Origin: an uncultured Candidatus Bathyarchaeia archaeon
Lineage (GTDB): Archaea > Thermoproteota > Bathyarchaeia > Bathyarchaeales > DTEX01
Reading direction: 5' to 3'
NCBI GenBank assembly: GCA_964508155.1
Contig: CAZDRE010000002.1
Coordinates: 92,695-156,694, forward strand
Length of the DNA: 64,000 bases
Part shown: positions 47,870 through 56,363 of the stretch, piece by piece
Layout of the letters: each line of letters begins with the position of its first letter
How positions within the stretch are numbered: position 1 is the first letter of the stretch
Made by a program: the position numbers and the translations under genes
Notes under the pieces: model-generated
What the model was told of the DNA's origin: nothing
Databases searched by the model: none
Seen by the model: only the letters and a program-made list of their open reading frames with translations

Positions 47870-48442
47870 TTACTCCTTTAGTTCCTTAAGTCTCTTCTTT
47901 ATATTCTCCAGTTGCTCCTGCAACATTTTCATCTGATCCTTTAACATTTGAATTTCCTGCTCCTTCGTCATTTGAGGCGCTGATGGTATTGCTGCTGGAT
48001 AGGCTGTCTGCTGAGACATGCCCATTCCATATCTCATGCCCATCCCCATGCCTCGTCCTCTCCCCCTGCCGTATCCTCCGCCCATTCCATAATGCATGGG
48101 AACCGTGGGGCTCGTCGCACCGCCTATCTCTCCCCGCTTGAATTTCATAACGGCTTCACGAACAGTTCCGTAGACTCCGCATACGATCTGAATTCCAGCT
48201 GCTGAAAGAGCTTGAAAAGCATTCGGTCCTACATTACCAGTTAAGACCGCCTTTACTCCTTTACTTGCTACTATCTGAGCCGCTTGGATTCCGGCTCCTC
48301 CACCTGCATATTGGGCTGGATTCTGGATTGCCTCATATTGCATTGTATCCGTGTCAACGATTATGAAGTATGCGCATCTTCCGAAGCGTGGATCAACTGG
48401 TGAATCCAGAGAGGGAGCGGATGCAGAAACTGCAACTTTCAA
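47870..48442 (-). CDS. NifX/NifB-like (dinitrogenase FeMo-cofactor biosynthesis domain) protein fused to a Gly/Met-rich DUF5320-like tail
   Basis: 190 aa. VDPRFGRCAYFIIVD...GAGIQAAQIVASKGVKAVLTGNVGPNAF, then GMGGGYGRGRGRGMGMGMRYGMGM and the coiled-coil KEQEIQMLKDQMKMLQEQLENIKKRLKELKE. Confidence 0.75.
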   Translation of the reverse strand: MKVAVSASAPSLDSPVDPRFGRCAYFIIVDTDTMQYEAIQNPAQYAGGGAGIQAAQIVASKGVKAVLTGNVGPNAFQALSAAGIQIVCGVYGTVREAVMKFKRGEIGGATSPTVPMHYGMGGGYGRGRGRGMGMGMRYGMGMSQQTAYPAAIPSAPQMTKEQEIQMLKDQMKMLQEQLENIKKRLKELKE

Positions 48443-48557
48443 ATATCTTCACTTCCATCTCAATTTGACGGTTGTGTGATTAAGCACGAAATTATATAAA
48501 CCTTTTTGTAGAGATTATATGGCGAAGTTTTAATTGTTTTTGTGCATAATCACATAA

Positions 48558-48875
48558 ATGGTGATAGATATGGGTTACAGGTATAGGTGGATGTTCTATC
48601 TGACGGGGCTTCCGGGATGGCTTAGATTCGGCTTCTCACCCGGATGGATAGGCAGAAGCCCAACAGGACTACCTCCAATTGCTCAGTGGATATTGCAAAG
48701 CGGATTATTACCTCAGTATATGCAGTGGATTCAGACGGTTTCACCAGCAGCTCCGTATCCGATTGTTCCTCAGATGAGCAAGGAGCAGGAGAGGCAGATC
48801 CTTGAGCAACAAGTGAAGGCTCTTGAGTCACAGCTGGAGGCATTAAGGAAGAGGCTTGAAGAGCTGAGCAAGTAA
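48558..48875 (+). CDS. DUF5320-like protein
   Basis: 105 aa. An aromatic/Gly-Pro-rich N-terminal half, and a C-terminal SKEQERQILEQQVKALESQLEALRKRLEELSK paralogous to the tail of 47870-48442. Confidence 0.6.
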   Translation: MVIDMGYRYRWMFYLTGLPGWLRFGFSPGWIGRSPTGLPPIAQWILQSGLLPQYMQWIQTVSPAAPYPIVPQMSKEQERQILEQQVKALESQLEALRKRLEELSK

Positions 48876-48917
48876 AAAAGCGATCCTTCAGAAATCCCCC
48901 ATTTCTTTGTTGTTGAA

Positions 48918-49223
48918 TTAAGACTGTTCTTTAATCTTAGACATTAATGATTCGACTTTATCCTTCATGCTTACTCTCTTGTCTCTTCTGTCATCGATTC
49001 GTATCGAAGTTATTACTCGCTTAATTCCAGTCTTAAATACGGCTTCATGCGCTTCTTCTACGGCCTTAAGGGCCTCCTTGATGCTTTCAGCCTCAAAAAT
49101 GGTGCTCATGGCCGTGACCTCGTATCTTATCCCCCTTCTCTCCAACTCCTTTAATGCTGGAACAAGAAATTCTGAGACGCTTACTCCTCCACCAACAGGT
49201 ATCACGCTAAACTCGACAATCAT
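48918..49223 (-). CDS. MTH1187/YkoF family (UPF0045) thiamine-binding-like protein
   Basis: MIVEFSVIPVG..VSEFLVPALKELERRGIRYEVTAMSTIFEAES. Start set at the Met at 49223. Confidence 0.85.
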   Translation of the reverse strand: MIVEFSVIPVGGGVSVSEFLVPALKELERRGIRYEVTAMSTIFEAESIKEALKAVEEAHEAVFKTGIKRVITSIRIDDRRDKRVSMKDKVESLMSKIKEQS

Positions 49224-49654
49224 GCTTCTCACCTTGATGGATGTGACTCGCCGGGGCTAATATGGTTTTTCCTAGTGAAAATCCCAATTGCAGCGACTTC
49301 CTATGTTTCCTTATGGACATTCTAAATTTTATTTCTGGTAAGAAGGCTTATTCGAAATTTCTAGGGCTATTTGGCGGTGAAGCAATATCTACTGCCAGAT
49401 GCGGCTAAGTTAGGGTGAAGGACCATTGGAAAACAGAACTTTTTCGAATTGAAGAACAGAATTTACGGCCAGAAAATCAGGAAAGTTGTTGGAAAGCCTA
49501 GACATGGGCTAAAAGACGTGGAAGCCATCAAGGTGATCCCAAAGGATTTTCTTCAGCCTGAAAGAACAATCCGAAAAAGAATCACTAAAAATCTTATTTA
49601 GTAGTGCACCGCTTATATGCTATCTAAGAAATATTGCCAACTAGGTGAATATCG

Positions 49655-51910
49655 TTGCCGCTAGTCATTGTGAAGAAAAAGTATGATGTTGTTGTGATTG
49701 GTGGAGGTCTATCTGGCTTATGTGCTGCAGTAGCTGCAGCGAGGCATGGGTGTAAGGTGGCATTAGTAGAAGCCCGTCCTGTACTAGGTGGAAATTCAAG
49801 TAGCTTAATTAGAGTAAATCCGTCAGGCGCGTGCACTTTTAATTCATGGGCGAGAGAAACAGGGATCATAGAGGAAATAATAACTGAATACATTAGAAGG
49901 TCTCACCTTCCAATCCGGAATGGACTGATAACTTCATTATGGGATTTAATACTTTACGAAACAGTTAGGGCTGAAGACAATATCGAATTGTACCTTGATA
50001 CCGTAGCATTTGATGTTGAAATGAGTTCATCTACGAAGATATCTGCAATACAGTGCTTACAAATAGGCAGTGAATTGATGTATAAGCTATATGCTGACTA
50101 CTTCATAGACTGCACAGGTGATGGAACAGTAGGCGCCTTAGCTGGCGCGGAATATAGGCTGGGCAGAGAGGCCAGAAGTGAATTTAATGAAACACCAGTA
50201 ATAGCTCCTGAAAAGCCTGATAAACAAACGCAAGGTAGTACTCTCATGTTTAAAAGTGTATCTACAAATAGAAAGATTTTATTCCAGCCGCCTCCGTGGG
50301 CTGAGAAGTATCCAAGTGAAGAATCACTATATATGCGACCGCACAATCCCCTCACAATGCCTAATGGCAGTAAGACATACTCCGGCTACTGGTGGATAGA
50401 AATAGGCGCCCCATATAATACTATACACCAGAATAGCCTGATAAGAGATGAATTATTAAGGCATCTACTGGGAGTATGGGATCACATAAAGAATTACAGA
50501 AATCATGGCGCCGAGAATCTAGCATTGGAGTGGATAGGTTTTATACCGGGTAAAAGAGAAAGCAGACGCCTAATGGGCGACTACATACTGACAGAGCATG
50601 ATGTAAAGAGTCAAAAACCGCTTCCTGATAGAGTCGCGTATGGAGGGTGGTTTATAGATGTACATACAATGGGAGGAATCTTAGCTAAAGATAGACCTCC
50701 CGAACACTTAACTGGTAATCCGGATCTATCAGATGAGCTAGTGGTAGAACCTTACAGCATACCCCTCAGATGTCTATATTCAAGAAACATAGAAAATTTA
50801 CTGATGGCTGGTCGAAATATCTCAGTAACGCATGTAGCCTTGGGCACTACACGCGTAATGATGACTTGTTCTATTTTAGGTCAGGCCGCTGGAACAGCGG
50901 CAGCATTATGCAAGAGATATGGCATAATGCCTAGGGAACTTTACAGAAGCGGGAGATACTTGAGCGAGCTTCAACAAACGTTACTCAAGGATGATCTCTT
51001 TATACCTGATCTATCAAATCAGGATGCACAAGATCTAGCAAGAACTGCTAAGGTTACTGCTACATCTCATGCAAGATTGGAATTAGAGCCCTCAGGCGAT
51101 GAACAACCTTTAAACGTAGAAAGATGCTTAGTCTTCCCGGTTTCTGAAGACCGAATAGATAGGGTATATCTATGGCTTCATTCATACGTAGATGCCAATA
51201 CAGAATTAACTATAGAGTTTATGTCAGTTCCCTCGATTTGGAGCCTAAATAAGAGAAATGGAGGAGAGCCTATCAGGGTAACCGCCACTATCCCTGCATT
51301 ATATAAGGGTTGGGTTGAATTCGACTTAAATGCAAAAGTTGAGCCCAACAGGCTCTATAGGATAAATGTGCCCGTGAAGAGAGGCTTGTGCTGGGGCCAA
51401 GCGAAGCCACTGCCGGGAATAGTGGCTGGATGGAAGAAAACATACTGGAGGCGCTGGCGTCATGAACATACCGCATACGCACTGAGGCTTGATCCCCCCT
51501 CTTATCCATTCAGACCTGAGAATGTAGTAAATGGCTACGCTAGACCATACAGGTGGACTAATATTTGGATCTCGGATCCTAGAAAGGAATTTCCACAGTC
51601 AATAACTCTGGACTTTGGCAGAGAAGTCACATTCAACACCGTATACCTGATCTTTGATACCAATCTAAATATGGAAACAACAAGGATACCGCCATCGTAT
51701 ATATTCCCTGAATGTATCAAAGATTATTCAATAAAAATACTCGACGACGGATCATTCAAGACAATAATTGAAGTACATGACAATTACAAACGCAGAAGAA
51801 TACATAAATTCGAGTTTGTAACAACGCGGAGACTATGTGTAGAGATCCATAGCACAAATGGAGATCCAAGCGCAAGGATCTACGAAATACGAGTCTATAA
51901 CGAGATTTAA
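49655..51910 (+). CDS. FAD-dependent oxidoreductase with C-terminal discoidin/galactose-binding-like domain
   Basis: 751 aa with a TTG start. Dinucleotide fold KYDVVVIGGGLSGLCAAVAAARHG. C-terminal WISDPRKEFPQSITLDFGREVTFNTVYLIF...ARIYEIRVYNE is F5/8-type-C-like. Confidence 0.8.
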   Translation: MPLVIVKKKYDVVVIGGGLSGLCAAVAAARHGCKVALVEARPVLGGNSSSLIRVNPSGACTFNSWARETGIIEEIITEYIRRSHLPIRNGLITSLWDLILYETVRAEDNIELYLDTVAFDVEMSSSTKISAIQCLQIGSELMYKLYADYFIDCTGDGTVGALAGAEYRLGREARSEFNETPVIAPEKPDKQTQGSTLMFKSVSTNRKILFQPPPWAEKYPSEESLYMRPHNPLTMPNGSKTYSGYWWIEIGAPYNTIHQNSLIRDELLRHLLGVWDHIKNYRNHGAENLALEWIGFIPGKRESRRLMGDYILTEHDVKSQKPLPDRVAYGGWFIDVHTMGGILAKDRPPEHLTGNPDLSDELVVEPYSIPLRCLYSRNIENLLMAGRNISVTHVALGTTRVMMTCSILGQAAGTAAALCKRYGIMPRELYRSGRYLSELQQTLLKDDLFIPDLSNQDAQDLARTAKVTATSHARLELEPSGDEQPLNVERCLVFPVSEDRIDRVYLWLHSYVDANTELTIEFMSVPSIWSLNKRNGGEPIRVTATIPALYKGWVEFDLNAKVEPNRLYRINVPVKRGLCWGQAKPLPGIVAGWKKTYWRRWRHEHTAYALRLDPPSYPFRPENVVNGYARPYRWTNIWISDPRKEFPQSITLDFGREVTFNTVYLIFDTNLNMETTRIPPSYIFPECIKDYSIKILDDGSFKTIIEVHDNYKRRRIHKFEFVTTRRLCVEIHSTNGDPSARIYEIRVYNEI

Positions 51911-52144
51911 GAGGACAAACTATAATTCATAAAGTCTGAAACTAAACAAATCTGCTAGAAGATGGGAGATGTCGGCTCGTGTTGAGTCTACATTCTAGCA
52001 TAAAGATGCTAGTCTCATCTCGTGGGGAGTTAAACTTTTAGACACTTCCATTCTAGGATTGGAAAGCAGAGATTAGAAAGACGCTTGAACTCGATGAAAC
52101 CGAAGTAGCGCTCATTATAAATTTAAATAAGCGATCATTAATAA

Positions 52145-52166
52145 TGCCTCCTTTGATCAGGAGGTA
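52145..52166 (+). promoter_or_regulatory. hairpin pairing the SD of the FucI-like gene with an upstream anti-SD
   Basis: ugCCUCCU-uugauc-AGGAGGua. CCTCCT 52147-52152 pairs with AGGAGG 52159-52164, extendable to 8 bp including one G-U. The TTG start is at 52173. Confidence 0.4.
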
Positions 52167-52172
52167 AAGATA

Positions 52173-53579
52173 TTGAATGAAGTGTTTGATTTGAAGGTGA
52201 AGATCAAGCCCGTCCTTCCCCTTCTGATTCACAGCGGCGCCTATGAGGGACCCTGCAGGGTAGGCGATGAGAAGACGCTCGATCCCGAGTTTGAGAGGCT
52301 CCAGGCAAGGAGGAATTTTGAGAGGTTCTATGAGAGAGTTAGATCTGGGCTGACGGAGGATGGAGAGCTGCTCGATCCCGCCGTTATAGAGTGGGGTGAG
52401 GACTGGATTATCCCAGAGGAGGAGATGGCTAAGCTCGATAAGGACTCCATGAATGTGGATTTATATTTGATAGCGAATGCCAGCTTGACTCAGCATCCCT
52501 CGGTTGAGATAGCGCGGAGATACGGGAAGCCCATTGTTAAGCTCGGCCAAGTCTCAAGTGTAGATATATCCGCTTATCTAAGATCTCGTGGGATGGAGGG
52601 CTATGCACTTATAGACCTTGAGGAGTTGAACCGTTTTGTTAGGCTCTTTAAGGTTAAGAAGAGTTTAATGAACACGAGGATTCTCATTGTGGATGCTGGG
52701 AAGCTCCTGCCAATCGGCGTCGTCAGTAGCATTTGGGATCTCGAGGATGTTAAGATGAGGTTTGGGATAGACTATGAGCGTATATCAGCAAGCGAGGTCT
52801 TCGATGAGATGGATAGAGTTATAAAAGATGGGGCAGAGCAGAAGAGGGCTGAGGAGATAACTAATAGGCTTATTAGAAATGCCGATAAGGTTCACATGAA
52901 GGAGGAGTATATCCGTCAATCAGTCAATTTCTACTTGGCCGCTAAGAATCTAATGATGAAATATAAGTGCAACGCGTTCGTGATTCCATGCTTCGAGCTC
53001 TGCGTTAAGAGGATACCCGCTGAGAAGAAGGTAACGTTCTGTCTGGCTCATTCTCTACTGAAGGATGAGGGTTACCCATCGGCATGTGAGGGGGACATAA
53101 GCGTTCTATTAGCAATGACCGTGCTGATGTATCTGTCTAGAAAGTCAGCTTTTATGGGAAACTCATACATGATAGATAAGGAGAAGAACATCATAGCAGT
53201 TCATCATGACGTTCCGGGATTGAAGATGAAGGGGCTGAATGCTGCAGAATCTCCCTACGAGATAAGGAGCTTTACGATGGGCGGGTGGGGAGCGACATTA
53301 CGCTATGATTTCTCGAGGGATAAGGGTGAAGTTGTGACCCTCGCAAGGTTCAATCCGACGGCGACTAAGCTATTCGCCGCTAGGGGAGAGCTGGTAGGAT
53401 GCAGCGGATTCGATAAGGTTGGATGTAGCCTAAGAGCGGAGATAAAAGTGAGAGATGCAAGAGATTTCTTCCGTAAGGAGATGGACTTCGGCCATCACCT
53501 CGCCATGGTCTATGGAGATTACGTGGATGATCTCAGATATCTAGGCGAGCTCATCGGCTTCAGGGTTGTGGAAGCCTAG
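52173..53579 (+). CDS. L-fucose/L-arabinose isomerase-like family protein (function unknown)
   Basis: 468 aa. TTG start 7 nt after AGGAGGT. C-terminal GGWGATLRYDF...VTLARF...HHLAMVYGDYVDDLRYLGELIGF resembles FucI-like C-terminal domains. Confidence 0.6.
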   Translation: MNEVFDLKVKIKPVLPLLIHSGAYEGPCRVGDEKTLDPEFERLQARRNFERFYERVRSGLTEDGELLDPAVIEWGEDWIIPEEEMAKLDKDSMNVDLYLIANASLTQHPSVEIARRYGKPIVKLGQVSSVDISAYLRSRGMEGYALIDLEELNRFVRLFKVKKSLMNTRILIVDAGKLLPIGVVSSIWDLEDVKMRFGIDYERISASEVFDEMDRVIKDGAEQKRAEEITNRLIRNADKVHMKEEYIRQSVNFYLAAKNLMMKYKCNAFVIPCFELCVKRIPAEKKVTFCLAHSLLKDEGYPSACEGDISVLLAMTVLMYLSRKSAFMGNSYMIDKEKNIIAVHHDVPGLKMKGLNAAESPYEIRSFTMGGWGATLRYDFSRDKGEVVTLARFNPTATKLFAARGELVGCSGFDKVGCSLRAEIKVRDARDFFRKEMDFGHHLAMVYGDYVDDLRYLGELIGFRVVEA

Positions 53580-53613
53580 AGATCCCTATTGAGCGCTATT
53601 CGTCAAGAATTAG

Positions 53614-54789
53614 GTGAAATTCTTGGTTAAGTCGTCTCTATTTCCTTTAAGGAATCCGTCACCGAGCTTTGATGCCTTCAGGGACATACTACTCGGCAAG
53701 CAGATGCCTGAAAAAGTTCATTTTATAGAGCTGGGCGTCGATTATGAGATGATGAAGTTCATATCTGAGAGTCTAATGGGCATCAAGGCCCCTGAAAATA
53801 TCAATGTAGGTGAGAGGAAAAAGGAGCTATTCGTTGAGGGCAAGGATGTGCCGGCTCTTCTCGATGAAGAGAAGCCCCTCCTAAAATTTAGGGTTAAATT
53901 CTACTATTCGATGGGCTATGACTGTGTTCCGGTAGGTCTGCCATTAGCTCCCTTCCCGACGAAGCATCGGAAGACAAAGGACACGGCCATATTATCCCGT
54001 GGAGTACGAACTTGGGTTGAAGAGGAAGCGGGGATAATAACAAACTGGGGTGAATTTGAATCTTTTCCTTGGGATCGCATAAATCTGGACGTGACGGAAT
54101 ATTTTGAATTTTTAAGTGAAATAATCCCTGACGGCATGAAGTTCATGGTGGCCTCGACATTGTATGAGATGGTTGGAGAGCAACTGATGGGATGGAAATG
54201 CATGTTCTATAAATTATTTACGGATCCTGATCTTGTGAAGGCCGTATTCGATAAGTGGGGAGAGATAATCTACAGGGGCTATGCAGATGCGATCTTACAT
54301 GACTGCGTCGGAGCGATATTCCACTGTGATGATATGGGATACAAGAAGGGAACCATGATCAGACCTGACATTTTAAGGAAGATTGAGATTCCATGGCTTA
54401 AGAAGTATGCCACGCTTGCCCATGATCATGGCAAGCTCTTCCTACTGCATAGTTGCGGCAACATCTATTCGATAATGGAGGATCTAATCGAGGATGTCAA
54501 AATTGATGGGTTTCACTCATTTCAGGATGTAATCATGCCCGTATGGGAATTCAAGGAGAAATATGGAGGCAGAGTCGGCGTCCTAGGCGGAATAGATGTG
54601 GATAAACTGGCCAGATACGATGTTGAATCATTAAGGAGATACGTAAGAACTGTGCTGGATAGGTGTATGCCGGGAGGAAGATACTTTCTAGGCTCTGGAA
54701 ACACTGTGACAAATTATGTTCCGCCGAGGAATTATCTTGTTATGCTCGAGGAGGGACTTAAATGGAAACCGAAAATTTTGTCATGCTAA
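53614..54789 (+). CDS. uroporphyrinogen decarboxylase (URO-D) family protein
   Basis: 391 aa with a GTG start. FHCDDMGYKKG, LHSCGNIYSIMEDLIEDVKIDGFHSFQD and GSGNTV are as in UROD/MtaA-fold proteins. Confidence 0.7.
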   Translation: MKFLVKSSLFPLRNPSPSFDAFRDILLGKQMPEKVHFIELGVDYEMMKFISESLMGIKAPENINVGERKKELFVEGKDVPALLDEEKPLLKFRVKFYYSMGYDCVPVGLPLAPFPTKHRKTKDTAILSRGVRTWVEEEAGIITNWGEFESFPWDRINLDVTEYFEFLSEIIPDGMKFMVASTLYEMVGEQLMGWKCMFYKLFTDPDLVKAVFDKWGEIIYRGYADAILHDCVGAIFHCDDMGYKKGTMIRPDILRKIEIPWLKKYATLAHDHGKLFLLHSCGNIYSIMEDLIEDVKIDGFHSFQDVIMPVWEFKEKYGGRVGVLGGIDVDKLARYDVESLRRYVRTVLDRCMPGGRYFLGSGNTVTNYVPPRNYLVMLEEGLKWKPKILSC

Positions 54790-54848
54790 TTCATTATAAT
54801 GCGGCTACAGCCCGATTAATTAGAATTTTAGTGTGAGGAATCGGAGAG

Positions 54849-55505
54849 TCATCCGAGGTCTACATAATCGTTCTTAGGCAGTCCTCCCGGAATCGTCCTG
54901 TCAATCGTTAATGCGGATCCTTCACCCGGCTTAACTTCGATCCTCACCTTGTCATACTCTCTCAGTCCATACTTGCCCATGTTTATTATCAGGAAGCCCT
55001 TCTCAAAGTTTTCTAGGATCGTATCGTTATCATCGTTGTATATAATGAAGTATGCTTCCGGCTTCTCCGTGTTATCGAAGATCTTCTCTATGATCTCGTC
55101 TAGTTCCTCTGGATCCTCGCTTAATCCAGCATATTCCTCATCTATCACTCCACGATATATGTCGAGCAGACATACTTTTCCTTCAATGGAGACTACCGTG
55201 GTATTCACGTTAAGGTCAACCTCCGATTTTCCAACGGAGACCTTCACTGGAAATGTCATGATGACCAAGTGGCCTGTGCCATTGGTCTTGCCGATAACGT
55301 GACCATTCAATTGAAGGGCGCTGGAGGCCTCTGATATCCCCCTGCCAATGGTGCCTTTCACCTTCTGCGTTGAGTAAAAACCCATGTTTATGACAACGCC
55401 TGCAAGAGCAGCAGCTATTACGACGAATGCTATAAGCACTATCGCGGCCTCTATGCCCACTATTCCACGCTTATCCCCAAGCGGCCCGATCCCTCTCATC
55501 TTCAT
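54849..55505 (-). CDS. flaB: archaellin (FlaB/ArlB family), type A copy 1
   Basis: 218 aa. Class III signal context DKRG/IVGIEAAIVLIAFVVIAAALAGVVINMGFYSTQK closely resembles the Sulfolobus FlaB N-terminus. The ATG overlaps the upstream gene's stop (ATGA). Confidence 0.85.
   Translation of the reverse strand: MKMRGIGPLGDKRGIVGIEAAIVLIAFVVIAAALAGVVINMGFYSTQKVKGTIGRGISEASSALQLNGHVIGKTNGTGHLVIMTFPVKVSVGKSEVDLNVNTTVVSIEGKVCLLDIYRGVIDEEYAGLSEDPEELDEIIEKIFDNTEKPEAYFIIYNDDNDTILENFEKGFLIINMGKYGLREYDKVRIEVKPGEGSALTIDRTIPGGLPKNDYVDLG
55414..55477. repeat. 64-nt tract identical to 57001-57064 (type A archaellin N-termini)
   Basis: Read base by base. gctattacgacgaatgctataagcactatcgcggcctctatgcccactattccacgcttatccc occurs in both copies. 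Confidence 0.95.
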
Positions 55506-56233
55506 CCCGCCATAACATACGAGTCTTCTGGTAATGCCTCAGGGATCGTGAATTCTATGGTTAAAGGAGCGCTCTTCTCCGGTCTGATCTCTATGGAAAC
55601 CTCATCTCTCACTGAGGCTTCACTGTTATGATCTAAGACTATTATTAGGAAGCCCTTCTCGAAATGATGTAGAGCATCGTCTCCATTGCTGTTCTCTATG
55701 ACCAAGACTGCTCCCGTGATGTATGTGCCTGTCTCATTATTGTATAGTTGCCCCCACCATGTTGGTGGTTCGCTCTCGGAACCCTTGGTCAGATTTGCTA
55801 TGATCGTATCAAATTGTAGCCCTGTTGGATCAATCTGCGTCTTAGGCTCAGTTCCATTGTAGACTCCTATTCCACGATAGATATTCGCCCAAGCCTTATC
55901 TCTTATTCTTAGCGAGATGACTGTTCCGTTTGTTCCCATTGAAACCCATTTGGTGCCCATAGTCTTAAGTGGGACTATTATGGCCTTAGCGTATCCGCTT
56001 CTGTTACTGGCCTTTATGAGTATGCTACCATCTATGGTTAATGGGCATCCAGATTCATGAATCCCTTGGCTTATTACGTCTCTTCCCTTCTGCGTCGCAT
56101 ACAAACCCATATTCACAACCATGAAGCTGAAGGCAGCGGCCACGATGACGAAGGCAATGAGTACAATCGCTGCCTCCAAGCCCACCATTCCACTTCTTTC
56201 CCTTACTAGATGTCTTCTCCTCATTTTCCTCAA
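55502..56233 (-). CDS. flaB: archaellin (FlaB/ArlB family), type B copy 1
   Basis: 243 aa. ERSG/MVGLEAAIVLIAFVIVAAAFSFMVVNMGLYATQKGRDVISQG. Confidence 0.85.
   Translation of the reverse strand: MRKMRRRHLVRERSGMVGLEAAIVLIAFVIVAAAFSFMVVNMGLYATQKGRDVISQGIHESGCPLTIDGSILIKASNRSGYAKAIIVPLKTMGTKWVSMGTNGTVISLRIRDKAWANIYRGIGVYNGTEPKTQIDPTGLQFDTIIANLTKGSESEPPTWWGQLYNNETGTYITGAVLVIENSNGDDALHHFEKGFLIIVLDHNSEASVRDEVSIEIRPEKSAPLTIEFTIPEALPEDSYVMAG
56064..56163. repeat. 100-nt tract identical to 57575-57674 (type B archaellin N-termini)
   Basis: Read base by base. ccttggcttattacgtctcttcccttctgcgtcgcatacaaacccatattcacaaccatgaagctgaaggcagcggccacgatgacgaaggcaatgagta occurs in both copies. Confidence 0.95.
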
Positions 56234-56282
56234 AAATAAAGAAACTAAGAATATTTTTATCCCTTGTGAAAGGACAAAAGAT

Positions 56283-56304
56283 TTTTAGAAAATATTTTCT
56301 AAAA
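56283..56304. promoter_or_regulatory. perfect 22-bp palindrome in the inter-pair archaellin promoter region
   Basis: ttttagaaaatattttctaaaa equals its own reverse complement. It lies about 50-70 nt upstream of the type B copy 1 ATG (56233), just upstream of an ataaaaatatt TATA-like element on the minus strand. Confidence 0.5.
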
Positions 56305-56363
56305 TTGTTATTGGACAGTATATTTTTTAAAAATATTTAAAAAATAAAATGGAGGATTTTTCG

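Noticed and set aside
48030-48110. Repetitive-looking DNA (catgcc/catccc periodicity) that might be taken for a tandem repeat.
   Set aside because: It encodes the Gly/Met/Arg-rich low-complexity linker of the NifX-like protein. The periodicity is at codon level and imperfect, so it is not a DNA repeat array.
49425-52070. Similar 13-mers flank the FAD oxidoreductase gene, ATTGGAAAACAGA (49425-49437) and ATTGGAAAGCAGA (52058-52070). They could be att-like direct repeats marking an insertion.
   Set aside because: The match is only 12 of 13 with no extended similarity on either side. Given how many comparisons I made by eye, this is within chance expectation.
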